A stretch of DNA of 63,084 nucleotides, the filler included, from Octopus bimaculoides (lineage: Eukaryota): the NCBI RefSeq assembly GCF_001194135.2. It is 7 parts of 6 records of this genome, joined end to end, with 100 filler letters (N's around TTAATTAATTAA, not from the genome) between each part and the next. Parts side by side here need not be neighbours in the genome. Positions count along the whole stretch, not along the records: positions 1 to 19,432 come from NC_068996.1; positions 19,533 to 34,158 come from NC_068990.1; 5 more parts are not named here. One strand, written 5' to 3'. Under the pieces are notes generated by a model. It made no database searches, was not told the DNA's origin, and saw only the letters and a program-made list of their open reading frames with translations. A program made the position numbers and the translations under genes. Each line of letters starts with the position of its first letter. Within the stretch, counting starts at the first letter, position 1. Below are positions 12,080 through 24,069 of this stretch, piece by piece.

Positions 12080-15000
12080 CGACAGATACAAATATTGTAA
12101 CCTTCAACTAACAAACATGTTTTCATCTGCTATAAATGATCGCAAGAAATCTATAAAACACAGGCGATTGCTAATAGTTGTGTAAACTCGAATCTAATTT
12201 CAAACATATTTACAAAAGCGAAGGCCCCAAAATAGAGTAATGAAAATATTTGAAATTAAATATACGCTACGTACAACACGTCACTGTAGTATTTGATCGG
12301 TCGTCGATTACCAAATTGATCTAATAACTATCTGATCTAAAAGGAGATGTAGTACATGAAAAGGTTAAACAAGTAACATGGTAACGATGCGGCTGGAAAT
12401 GTTGACTAGCCAACAGCAGCAATGCCATTCGAGGCAAATATATGATGTCAGGAGGTTTTGTTGATCGTCAACAGAATATTTATTCTCGTTAATGTAAATC
12501 GAACAGAAGGCTGATAAAATACACCAGTATGAATAACTTAAGCGAAAATTATGATTATTCAATATGTTATGTACGTAATGTAAGTAGCTGTGTGTGTATG
12601 TGTGTGTGTGTGTGTGTAACTTAAATCAGTGAGAGAGAGAGAAAGACGAGGAAAGAGAGAGAGAAAGACGAGGAAAGAGAGAGAGAAAGACGAGGAAAGA
12701 GAGAGAGGGAGAGAATGTATGTGTGTAAAAAGTTCATTGCCATCTCTACGTAAATGTGAGAAAAACGACAGATATAAAACTGTAGGGTTATCTTTTAACA
12801 GGGTTGCAGTGGTTCGTCAACTCTCGTCACTCAACAAAGCAACCCCTAAAACGACGAAAGCAGAATAACAAGGGTGTATATTAGAGTTTGAAACAACCGG
12901 AAGAACTACAAGAATGAGTAAAGGCTAACCATTCCACTGGCTGAAACAAAATTGCTGACTACGACCGTACAAGACCGAAAGGAATCCTTTCCTTGGTGGA
13001 AATCCAACGAAGTTGATTTGTGGAAACAACAACGCGTCGGATGAGCCAACTTTCCACGGTTTTATTTTTATCTTTTTTATTTACAACGGCATGACAGTCA
13101 CTGGAATCGTCGCAAATGACTGAGAGGCTTAACGTTGTACATGATACCGGACTTTTAAGCGACGGAGAGGAGAGATGGCCATTACGAGTTCGATGAGAAA
13201 AAAAATGTTATAACTTCGAGTAGTTGACGACTTAAAACGTTAAAAATATTCATTTTTGACGAAACAATTAATACGAGATTCACCAAAGTATTGAGCTTGT
13301 GTATCCAGTAAGCATCAAAGAGTACAAATATAATTTTTAGGACCAGTTTAAGTTGTATCAATAACTGGCAAGAGTTTTTGTAATGTAACGAGAAAATATT
13401 TCTTGAACGACGAATAACATTGATAAAAATAACTGCATTGGGTCTGGAACAGAGGAAACAAATAATGTTAGTGGGTAGCATAATTCTTTGTTTTCGAGAT
13501 TCGGAATTATAATGTCTAATATTACATTTCTAGTCTGGTATATGTTACAGTTTGGTTTCATGCTGTCAAAAGGTGATTTGTAGCTTTGCCTTCTAATTTA
13601 ACTTAGCATATTTCAGAGATTGCGAATTAGTTTAGCGTTAGCGCCTAGCATGAAGATGTTTATCAAAGCATGTATACAATAACGAATGATACATACATAA
13701 ATGCGTACATACTTACGCACTATGTATGTATATATATATGAACAAAGAGGTGGCATCGGAAAAAACCATCTCTGCTGTTTCTGTTGTAAAATGTGGTTAG
13801 GATTATCTTATAGAAAAAACAGCTGTAAGCTAATGAAGGTCATTACATAACATTCGGGTTTTCCCGTGTCATCTCTTTGTTTTATACACGCGCGCGCACA
13901 TCATACATGTACACGCACACACATGCTAGCAAAAAATTGGCAATCCAAGAGCGACTGGTTGGTTGTTGAGTGTCAGTTGCATACACATACTCCTGATTCA
14001 GTGAGATTTCAAGGACTATCAAGATGTACTTCATGTCAATTGGTGAAAAAGAAAGTAATAAATTAAACGATACAAATTCAAAACGATATAACTTCAAGAC
14101 GAAACCAGTAAATCTTGTCTTTGTGGGAGTTGGTTGGATGCTCATATTTGTTGTTGCTTCGACTGCGTGTTCTCCCACAATAAACCAACTCTTACGTTGT
14201 TTGAATGTTATTTATTGTTCTTGATGTGTTTTATGTAGTTAAGAACTCGTCTACCAATATTCGCTAGTAGCGTATGTAGGTAACTAAAATGGAAGTTAGC
14301 TAGTATTTAAATCATAAACACAAATGGTTAGTGCTTTTTGAGAGGTTCGTTGTTATTCAAGGAGTCCTTTAAACTTTGAGCTGAAATTGAGGAAAGGAAA
14401 ACTTGCTGTACCGGATCTCGCTCTCTGAGAGGTGAGAGCGTGTGTTCTCCAGTAGTTCAATCTCAATCTCTGCTCTGATTCTGGCGAGCTTTTGCCTTTA
14501 TAACGACAAAAAACACGGGAAGAGATCGTAGAACATTCGATTAGGTTCAATTGTATGGCGTGATGCTTCTGCAAGTCGATTGGTCGGTGATCAAGACACA
14601 TTGCATAGCCTGGGTTTTAACTGGTAAATGAAAATGTGAGGTTTCGAATGGAAATCTCGCTAAATCTTCATTTGGTTTATACTTTTGCTCTGAATTTTTT
14701 ATCCTGTAAATACAACGTCTTAGCAAATTCTATGATGACAAGAAGATTAAAAATTTTGAACTGCAAATAATGTGTGACAAAGAGCCACACCATAAAACTC
14801 ATGAAGAACATTATTGATGACTTTCAACTAGGAAAGGGATTTGATTCTTTATAAGAAGCAATAATCCGGTGTGTATATGAATACTATGCGGTTTGTTTTT
14901 TGTAAGAGGCGACGAGGTGAAGAGCCTCCCTGGGTGGTACAAAATTTTAGTTATGCCATTGAGTACGGAAAAGAAACGAGGAATTTTTTTCTTAAATTCA

Positions 15001-16039
15001 TGTATCACAGCAAATAAACTTGGGGAAGAAATTCTCAAATTAATCGTGCTGCCGTGGCGGAACACGCCATTCTTCAGAAAATTTGCAGAGTGCATATTAT
15101 GGTGTAATATAGCGATAAAGTACAAGTAACAGTCATAATAAAATAGTAGAACAGTGATCAATGGCAATCTTGTTTTGTTTCCATTTCTAGATATAATGCT
15201 GCCTTTATGTTTCGTTTCTGATTGTTTTTCCAGTTATTTCATAATTTCATCAGAACTTCAAAGAGTGTTTCAATATTAAATCTCTCGCTTGAGTGCAGGC
15301 ACCCGTTGAAAAGAGAAGGGATGCACGATTACACCAAATACTCAAGCAGTGATCAATAACAATCCTCACAATATCGTTTGATATTCTGCGTGAAGACGGC
15401 GCAGATGAATGCTAGCAGAATCTATAACATTTTGTTGTATGGGTCAAGTGATTTATAAAGTGTTTAATTTTCTTTAATCATTTCAGTTCTTTTTCTACAG
15501 ATGCCAGAAAGTTTCATAAACTTGAAACCTTTACTTTTTTTTTCTACCTCGTTTTCAGGTATTGTGGCGATGTTTTCACAATAGGAAACTCTTTTGTATT
15601 TAACCTTATCGATCATCAATTAGTTTTTCAAAATCTTTTAAAATTAAAAGACAAGACAAAGAATGAAGGTTGATTATTACACATAAGATTTGTTAATGCG
15701 TTAATGTTGATTATTTAGAAAGAACCAGAGATGACATAATGAGTGTGGAGATCTGAAATATTGAAACTTTCCCTGACGATTTGATGAAGTTATCAAGGAA
15801 GTGAAAATACATCTGGAAGGAAACCAAAAAGATTGCGTCGGAGCATAAGTGAGAAATAAAACTCTACTGTGGCTGTGTATGCACGTATCGAAAAGTGAAG
15901 TAGTTACACGATGCCACGATACTTGACGCCAGCATGACACAAGAAATGATTCAGACAAATGATTCATCAACTTCGGAAGAATTTTGTCTAATGTTTTGAT
16001 TTATAAAATTATTGCAGATTAAGTGAAAATTTTAATATC

Positions 16040-16270
16040 TAGTCTGGCAGAATCGTTACTACGCTGGTCAAAATGCTTAACGGCATTTCTTCCGACTTTA
16101 CGTTCCTAGTTCAAATTCCGCCGAGGTCGACTCTGCTTTCTATCTTCCCGAGGTCGATAAAATAAGTACCGGTCGAGCACTGGATTCGACGTGATCGGCA
16201 TGACCACCACCACCTCCTTTTCCTCGAAACTGCCGGCTTTCTGCCATAATTTGAAACCATTATTTGGTAT
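16040..16270 (+). mobile_element. tRNA-derived SINE S1
   Basis: CTGGCAGAATCGTTA..GTTCAAATTCCGCCGAGGTCGACT.TGC.TT..ATC..GAGGTCGATAAAATAAGTACC..ATAATTTGAAACC. Confidence 0.85.
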
Positions 16271-18292
16271 GTTGCTTGAAAATTTTGATTTTTGAAAATG
16301 AGATGAAAAAGAGTGCAGTGATTCTCTCTTCACCTAAAAGATGAAGATTGGCAACATAAATGCTATATGTGCTGTTGATATGTGGAAATAAGATCTTAAA
16401 CCTTTCGAATAGCTTGATTTATTCACTGATTACAAAACTTCGTAAAATAGTTTCAAATGTTTGCCTTGGTTTGAAAACATTGCTGACCATTCTAGCTATA
16501 ATTGCTTTGATAGAATTATCTTTCGGCAAAATCAAATATAGTAAAAACTGTGTAAGATGTAGCATGTTTCAAATCCGACATGTTGTTTTAGCATGACTGA
16601 GCATTAAATCGATAACTAATAAAATCAATTACCTGAGAAATTGATTATGATAGGTGTTACTTCTTAGATTTAAAAAGTTCGAAAGGTTCGTTTCGTTAAC
16701 TGACCAAATCGATTGTTACTTTGTATAAAATATTGGTCATTTTGATGTTCAAGGAATACAGCGTTTATGGAAATTTGCAGCCGACATACGCAGATAACCT
16801 GATAGTAACCATCATGTTTAATTATACTTCCATAATCATATGCAAAAACCTGTCCGTTCTATTCATCATAATCTTCTACAAAGAAAGAAAAAAAAATTAT
16901 AACTTCAAAAATTTCATGTTATCTTTATTAATAAGGGTTATTTGAAGATTAAGGGGTCGGTTATACCTTAAATTCTTAATCTTGAGAGAGATTCGAGAGT
17001 TTCGTTGCCATTTGCAAAATTTCCCCTGAAGGCTCTGGCTTAGAGTTTAATTTAAATCAGATTTGACTGCTATTTCTACAAAGTGAATGTCCATGTAGAG
17101 TTTTCCTCGTAGAGTTGTGTTGGATCTTGTTATTAGCGAACATTAATTTTGTGAAAGCGAATGCCTTCATTTAAAGAACAGTATTTAACCAACAAAAGTA
17201 TTCTATAATAAGGCTAAATTGCTGGGAATCAGACTGTACGGTAGTACCCAATTTCCAGCACTATGAAATAAAATTATACAATTTATGGCAATAATTATTT
17301 CTAAAGTAAACACAAGAAGTCCCACAGTTTTAGATAGACTCCGGGACTTTTCTAGTATATTTCTTTATCGATCCTGGATGAAAGTCAATGTTGATCCCGA
17401 TGGAATCTGAACTTAAAGAAACCTGAAAAATAACGCAGTGTATTTTCTCCAATGCTCTAACGATTCCGCCAATTCATTGCCTTCTTGAGAAAAGTGAATA
17501 GGACTGATAAATAGTATTTTTTAAATTTTATCTGATTCGGACTGTTACAAGAAACATTAGCTATATCGTAAAAAGAGAATATAGGCTGATGTAATTTAGG
17601 ATATATTTTACCTTGAAGAAGACGGAAAGATCACCACGGTCTGAACGCTTTTGATGACATGTTTTCCCAGTCAGGAATAACTTGGAAAATATAATTCTAT
17701 GAGCTCAAAAGCAAAAATTGAATCGACCCGTGAAGTACATGGGTTATTTTATAAAAGAAAAAGGTAGGATAATCGGATAACGAAGTTGAGAAATATATTT
17801 TGTTTTAGTCACGAGAGATAAGTTGGCGCCCATAATTCGTTTTGGGGAAGCTTTCAAGACTGATGGGAGGTTTATTTCTTAAACTAGAACCCTGAATATA
17901 TNNNNNNNNNNNNNNNNNNNNNNNNNNNNNNNNNNNNNNNNNNNNNNNNNNNNNNNNNNNNNNNNNNNNNNNNNNNNNNNNNNNNNNNNNNNNNNNNNNN
18001 TGAAAGATAGTACTCCGCTAAACGAACCTAAGGGTCAGGTGATTGTGCTAAACCTAGCAACGGAGTAAATCTACTGTTTATCGTCATCAGCTATAACGTT
18101 TCCTTAGCCAGAGATGGTCATGGAATGGACAGACAATGGACAGGTGATAAACTTAATATTGCTGTATTGAAATTTGTATTATTACTCATGCTTAAATCTA
18201 AAAGTTGAGTCGGATCCTTAAATAATACCTTTTCTATCTCCGGTCTACTCCCCTGTCACTCCATGTTAAACACATGCATACTATTTCGTCAT

Positions 18293-18323
<31 letters not shown>

Positions 18324-18541
18324 ATACTCACTTCCATTCACACATACATACTCACACACACCATTCGCACGTGTACACACACAGGCTTGCGCATCTTAGT
18401 TCGTTGGGGGACACAATTACCATTATTATTATTATCAAATCCTTTCATTCAACCTCTTTATTCCAGGCATCTCATCATGTTGGACCGTTGAGCTCTGCAC
18501 TTTTTTGTCTCTCCGTTTTTTCCCTCTTAATCTTTTTTTTT

Positions 18542-18579
18542 TTTTTTTGTCGAAGACCGTAGGCTCGAAATGTAAAAGA
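18542..18579 (+). ncRNA. Decayed hammerhead motif, family C
   Basis: UUUU-UUGUCGA-A-GACC(GUAG)GCUC-GAAAU-GUA-AAAGA; the downstream ~80 bp match 46366-46450 and 62989-63084. Confidence 0.5.
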
Positions 18580-19105
18580 CTTTTCCATTCTTCCCAAGAG
18601 TTAAACTAATTAAACTAATACACCAGCGTGTTGTTCCTTCACTTGCCTTCATCTTTTATTTTCTGTAAATTTGAATTATACACACAAACACACTAGCGTT
18701 CATAATAATTTTTCTATCGTCTTGGCTCAACAGCCCTCACCGTTTGTTTTTACTGTCTTGTTCTCACTGTCCTGTTCTTGTTAACACTTTCACCCTCGGC
18801 AAAAAATCCCATAGATAACAAGTCGGGTTGTAACTTCTGAGCTTGAATCAGACACGTGTGAACGATGTCGAGAGAACGTCTGCTACGAATGATATTTTTT
18901 TAACACAGGGCACCTCTAAGACAACCGTCAGACGCTGAACGAAGATAAATGAACTGCGACCAGGCTCAATAAAAAAATCCCGAGTTATTGGCTGCAATTA
19001 CATACTTTAAGTCAGTGTTGGCAGAAATTAAATCAGCTTGCAAATACACGTTCACTTTACTAAATTTATACTCGGACTAAGCCCGAGTGATGGAATCACC
19101 AGTGA

Positions 19106-19177
<72 letters not shown>

Positions 19178-19178
<1 letters not shown>

Positions 19179-19432
19179 GAACTAGACGAAAGCCAACCAT
19201 ATAAGTATTTAGGAGTCAATGAACTAGATAGGATACAACATACACAAATGAAAGAAAAAATAAAGAAAGAGTACTATAGACGAGTTAGATCAATACTAAA
19301 AACAGAGCTCAATGCTAAAAACAAGATAATGGGTATCAACACTTTAGCTGTCCCAGTTATAAGCTACAGCTACAACATCCTTAACTGGACACTAAACGAA
19401 CTATCTGAAATAGACAGGAAAACAAGAAAAAT
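19178..19432 (+). mobile_element. R4/Dong-type RT C-terminal fragment directly after (TAA)n
   Basis: ELDESQPYKYLGVNELDRIQHTQMKEKIKKEYYRRVRSILKTELNAKNKIMGINTLAVPVISYS..IDRKTRK. Confidence 0.9.
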
Positions 19433-19553
19433 NNNNNNNNNNNNNNNNNNNNNNNNNNNNNNNNNNNNNNNNNNNNTTAATTAATTAANNNNNNNNNNNN
19501 NNNNNNNNNNNNNNNNNNNNNNNNNNNNNNNNATATATACATACATACATACA

Positions 19554-19585
<32 letters not shown>

Positions 19586-19639
19586 CATACATACATGAAT
19601 GTATGCATATATGTATGTGTGTGTGTGCGTGTGTGTGTG

Positions 19640-20720
19640 TGTGTGTAGCAGTAGTACAGACTATGATGACCGTGTATGTAGTAACAGCGCAGTATAGGTT
19701 GTCTGTAAGTGTCATAGTAACCAATAGAGTCTGAGATGTCCATGTGTGCAAAACGAACAGTATGGTCTCTGATGTATTTGAAACAGTAACCCGGTCTCGG
19801 ATGATTGTATATATCAAAGAATCATTGTTTAAATGTCTGTTTGTAGTAGTAACACGGTCTTGGATTTATATACAGCAACAGCTCGATCTAGGATATCTAG
19901 TGTATCATAATAACCGTTTAGGATGTCCGTATGTGTAGCAGCAGCACAATCTTCGGTGTCCGTGTATGTAGCAGCTGAACGTAGCAACAGTCGAGATTGT
20001 CCGTTCGTGTATGTAGTAGCAGTAGTATCTGGTGCGTCCGAGTATGTAGCAACTGTGGGCAACAATATCACTGTCCAAAGTATCCGTATGTGTAGCAGCA
20101 GTAGTCTGAGATGACAGAATGTATAGCAACAGTAATCTAGAACGTCCATGCATATAGTAACTAACATAGTCTAGGGTGTACCTGCGTATAAGACTAGTAA
20201 CACGGTCTCGGATGCCTGTATCTGTGGCAATAACTTAGTTTGGATGTTTTATATGCAACAGAATCATTGCTTAAATGTGCAGCAGTAACACGGTACGCAG
20301 TATTAACTCGATCAAGGATCTCGTGTGTACCAGCGGTATATGCGAAAATGTCAGTGATTGTAGTAGCAGCAAAAACCTAGATGCTTGTTTCTATAGCTAC
20401 AATGCTTGTTTCTATAGCTACAATGCTTGTTTCTATCGCTACAATGCCTGTTTCTATAGCTACAATGCCTGTTTCTATAGCTGCAATACCTGTTTCTATA
20501 GCTACTATGTGGTAAAGGATGTCTGCGTGTGTAGCAACAGAAATACCGTGTCAGACGTTGGAGCAGTAACTCTGTTGTGGGTCCAGAATGTCTGTACGTG
20601 TAACAGCAGCTCCATCCCAGATGTGTGTAACAACGCCCGCACCGATCCGAATGAGGGTCCTGTACGCCTTTGTAGATATTGGATTTCTGTGTATGCAGCA
20701 GAAGTACCGCTCCAAATGTG
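19640..20720. repeat. Degenerate ~30-bp minisatellite
   Basis: Recurrent GATGTCCGTATGTGTAGCAGCAGTAGTCT-like units. Confidence 0.65.
20381..20506 (+). repeat. Six tandem copies of the 21-bp unit ATGCYTGTTTCTATAGCTACA
   Basis: Units start at 20381, 20402, 20423, 20444, 20465 and 20486. Confidence 0.95.
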
Positions 20721-21018
20721 ATAAGCAGTGTTCCATTACTAGTCTAGAAAACTTGAGAAGTAAATGTATGTGGTCTGAAGAATGAACCCCCACCCCCGCT
20801 AAGTCAAGAAATTTGATGTAACTGCGAGGAAGAATTATTATAGACATGTACATTATACTTAGCATTTACATTGAGTGTTCTGCCACCTTTTTATACGGCA
20901 ATCTAACAATCGAAAAATGTTATATGTATGTATGTACATAAATATACATATATATGTATTCACATATATACAACATAAAGATAGATAGATAGATAGAAGT
21001 TTTGGCCAACTAAACCAA

Positions 21019-21059
21019 CGTCAGACGATGGCTTCGCTGGCCGAAACTTCGAAGTCACT
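21019..21059 (+). ncRNA. Decayed hammerhead motif, family E
   Basis: CGU-CAGACGA-U-GGC(UUCGCUG)GCC-GAA-ACUUCGAAGU-C-ACU, with palindromic stem III, GUC triplet and a U4A change. Confidence 0.5.
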
Positions 21060-21250
21060 ATCAACAACATTCTTGTTTAAGAATGATAAGTTTGTATTCT
21101 ACGAAATTATTGAGTAACTCATAAGATTAATGTAAAATCGTTTTTATTCTAACTGAACATAAGAACAAACATTAATCTAGGTATAGATATGTATACCATA
21201 CGCATATTTGAATGTATATATGTATGTATCTATATATATGTTTATGTATA

Positions 21251-21296
<46 letters not shown>

Positions 21297-22581
21297 NNNN
21301 NNNNNNNNNNNNNNNNNNNNNNNNNNNNNNNNNNNNNNNNNNNNNNNNNNNNNNNNNNNNNNNNNNNNNNNNNNNNNNNNNNNNNNNNNNNNNNNNNNNN
21401 NNNNNNNNNNNNNNNNNNNNNNNNNNNNNNNNNNNNNNNNNNNNNNNNNNNNNNNNNNNNNNNNNNNNNNNNNNNNNNNNNNNNNNNNNNNNNNNNNNNN
21501 NNNNNNNNNNNNNNNNNNNNNNNNNNNNNNNNNNNNNNNNNNNNNNNNNNNNNNNNNNNNNNNNNNNNNNNNNNNNNNNNNNNNNNNNNNNNNNNNNNNN
21601 NNNNNNNNNNNNNNNNNNNNNNNNNNNNNNNNNNNNNNNNNNNNNNNNNNNNNNNNNNNNNNNNNNNNNNNNNNNNNNNNNNNNNNNNNNNNNNNNNNNN
21701 NNNNNNNNNNNNNNNNNNNNNNNNNNNNNNNNNNNNNNNNNNNNNNNNNNNNNNNNNNNNNNNNNNNNNNNNNNNNNNNNNNNNNNNNNNNNNNNNNNNN
21801 NNNNNNNNNNNNNNNNNNNNNNNNNNNNNNNNNNNNNNNNNNNNNNNNNNNNNNNNNNNNNNNNNNNNNNNNNNNNNNNNNNNNNNNNNNNNNNNNNNNN
21901 NNNNNNNNNNNNNNNNNNNNNNNNNNNNNNNNNNNNNNNNNNNNNNNNNNNNNNNNNNNNNNNNNNNNNNNNNNNNNNNNNNNNNNNNNNNNNNNNNNNN
22001 NNNNNNNNNNNNNNNNNNNNNNNNNNNNNNNNNNNNNNNNNNNNNNNNNNNNNNNNNNNNNNNNNNNNNNNNNNNNNNNNNNNNNNNNNNNNNCTGACTC
22101 TGTCTCTTCTTGTTGTTCGATGCGCTTAAAAAACTATGGCTCAGGTTCGACTTCCTCTTCTTCATTTTGCTGCTCGTGAAGCTCTATCAAACTCTCGTTC
22201 GTGAGGGGCTGCTTGTCTTTTTCAAATAAAGCTGTGAAATCCTCCTCCTCCAAATCTATTTCCAGTTCTTTGCTCGTAGTCACCAACTTTTTGTTGATGG
22301 CAACATTATCAAACCCCTTAAAACCATTCACGAATTGTGGGCATAGCTTCTTCCATACACCATTCATAGCCGTGCTCTGTTATGTGCCGCTGTTATGTTC
22401 TGTACAGCCTTGTAGATATCGTATCTCTTCCAAAAGTCACGAAGCGTGATGGACTCAGTTGCAGCTATTGCTTGCCGCAGCGTACGCTTTATATAGTAAC
22501 GCTTGAAGATAGCAATTAAGCAATTATTCCCTGATCCATTGGCTGCAGAGGAGACGTGGTGTTCGGAGGGAGGTATACCAC

Positions 22582-22925
22582 GGGCATATGGCGTAGTGGT
22601 TAAGAGCGCGGGCTCCTAACCCCAAGATTCCGAGTTCGATTCCAGGAAGTGACCTGAATAATAATAATAATAACAACAACAACAACAAAAACATCGAANN
22701 NNNNNNNNATTCCGAGTTCGATTCCAGGAAGTGACCTGAATAATAATAATAATAACAACAACAACAACAAAAACATCGAAAAATACCTTAGGAATGAAAA
22801 CCCACATTCGAAATTTCCCCAAGACACCTGATGAAGGCTGGAGGGTATATCAGCCGAAACGTTGTGTTATCAACAAACAAGATGAGGACAAGTATCCGCC
22901 AAATGTAAATAATGTAAATAATTTA
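22582..22925 (+). mobile_element. tRNA-headed, HHR-carrying SINE-like element (family A)
   Basis: A box TGGCGTAGTGG (22589-22599), B box GAGTTCGATTCC (22632-22643), (AAT)n(AAC)n spacer and HHR at 22823-22868. About 80 bp is duplicated across a 10-N gap. Confidence 0.85.
22823..22868 (+). ncRNA. Minimal type-I hammerhead ribozyme, family A, intact core
   Basis: Stem I GACAC/GUGUU; CUGAUGA plus extra A; stem II GGCUG/CAGCC; GAAAC-GUU with palindromic AACGUU; predicted cut at 22863/22864. Confidence 0.85.
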
Positions 22926-23930
22926 CATCCCTGACTTGCCTTGAACTCTACATCTTTCTTATCTGGACATTTTTTCTTCAGGTCCTCAAACAAAGACAAC
23001 GCTTTGTCTTGAAAGACTTCTTGACTAATAGTAGGAATAGTAGCACGCTGACGATTCAACCTAACAATCCAAAGAGAAAGAAGACTTTCCATCTCTTCAA
23101 AGATTTTGCCTCCTTTCCTATTGATGACAGTGTTCTTCATCCCTGGGGCTTCAGATCTGATATGTGCTAAAATCTTGTCCTTACAATCGTCGCTACAGTT
23201 GTCCGACTCATCCCAAAAGATCGTGCAATTGCTACCATTTTTTCACCTTTTTCATGGCATATTATCACAGCCAGTTTATCTTCCAACGTTATAGCATGAG
23301 GCTTAGCACTTTCACAATGAATTTAGGAGCCATGAGGACAAAAAATAAAGTCAAAAATGAATGAGAATGCGAAAGTAACCGATAAACGGCCATAAATAAA
23401 TCTGAATTCAAAACAATCGCGGGATCCACGAGTGACAACGACACCTAACGGTGGATATTAGAAGTACAGTGCAATATGAGCTCCGAAAGATTGATAAATA
23501 AGACGACACAGCTGATTTCATGATTTCCTTTACTAAGCTACACTAGCTTTATGGTGTGTAACTTAACATTTACTGCACGTAATTTAAAATGATTTTATAT
23601 GATTTTATTCTTATTCATTGTACAGTAAAATGATTTGACTTGCTTTTAACGGATTTCTATTGATTTTACGATTCCAATATTTGAGGCTGACAAAATACAC
23701 TGATAATAACTACAGAAATCACACTTCTGCAGGCAAACGGGTTAAGAAAATTTCTCAGCCTACATTCAAGTATTTGGATTCACGTGGAACGGTTTTTGGA
23801 CAGGCATAATAGTCTCACCTTCCTCAGCACGCGTTACCATGATGGAGAACCCCAACCCGTCACATTGAAGTATGTGCTGCAACTGATTCATTTTGCGCCG
23901 AATTATGGCAGCCACCAGTGTGAAAAATAT

Positions 23931-24058
23931 TTTCAATGGGGAGTAAATAATTCACGAGAAATTATTTGCGAATAATAGAGATAATAACATTAGATAATAA
24001 TAGAGTCAATGATATTTTTGCAAATAATTTCTTCTGAATTATTTGCTCCGTATTGAAA
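23931..24058. repeat. Imperfect ~45-bp inverted repeat (foldback or MITE-like)
   Basis: TTTCAATGGGGAGTAAATAATTCACGAGAAATTATTTGCGAATA versus the reverse complement of 24013-24058. Confidence 0.75.
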
Positions 24059-24069
24059 TATATATATAT

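Larger units (their letters stand above)
22094..23300 (-). mobile_element. pogo/Tigger DNA transposon remnant, interrupted and internally deleted
   Basis: CENP-B-type HTH (EMESLLSLWI..FQDKALSLFEDL..EFKASQG), DDE motif VVYLPPNTTSPLQPMDQGII and C-terminal NGVWKKLCPQFV. Confidence 0.9.

Noticed and set aside
15765-15810. CUGACGA followed by a 5-bp hairpin (similar CUGAAGA case near 58570)
   Set aside because: No GAAA, stem III or cleavage triplet.
18060-18105. CUGAUGA next to GAAACGUU on the minus strand
   Set aside because: The elements are in the wrong order, with no stem I and no closing GAAA after stem II.
19477-19488. TTAATTAATTAA embedded in N runs (also near 34203, 36268, 55602, 57680 and 61611)
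   Set aside because: An identical six-frame-stop spacer inside gaps is a scaffolding marker.
20381-20506. CRISPR-like array
   Set aside because: Contiguous units with no spacers, in eukaryotic context.
21189-22179. Long ORFs of 250-320 aa here and at 26720, 34776, 37551 and 46248-47233
   Set aside because: They are read-through of N gaps and (TA)n/(TACA)n microsatellites, not coding sequence.
22582-22660. Possible tRNA gene
   Set aside because: No proper acceptor stem, and it continues into repeat body in both copies, so it is a SINE head.
22628-22780. Apparent tandem duplication inside the family A element (similar case at 56770-56910)
   Set aside because: Identical sequence on both sides of a 10-N gap indicates an unmerged contig overlap.
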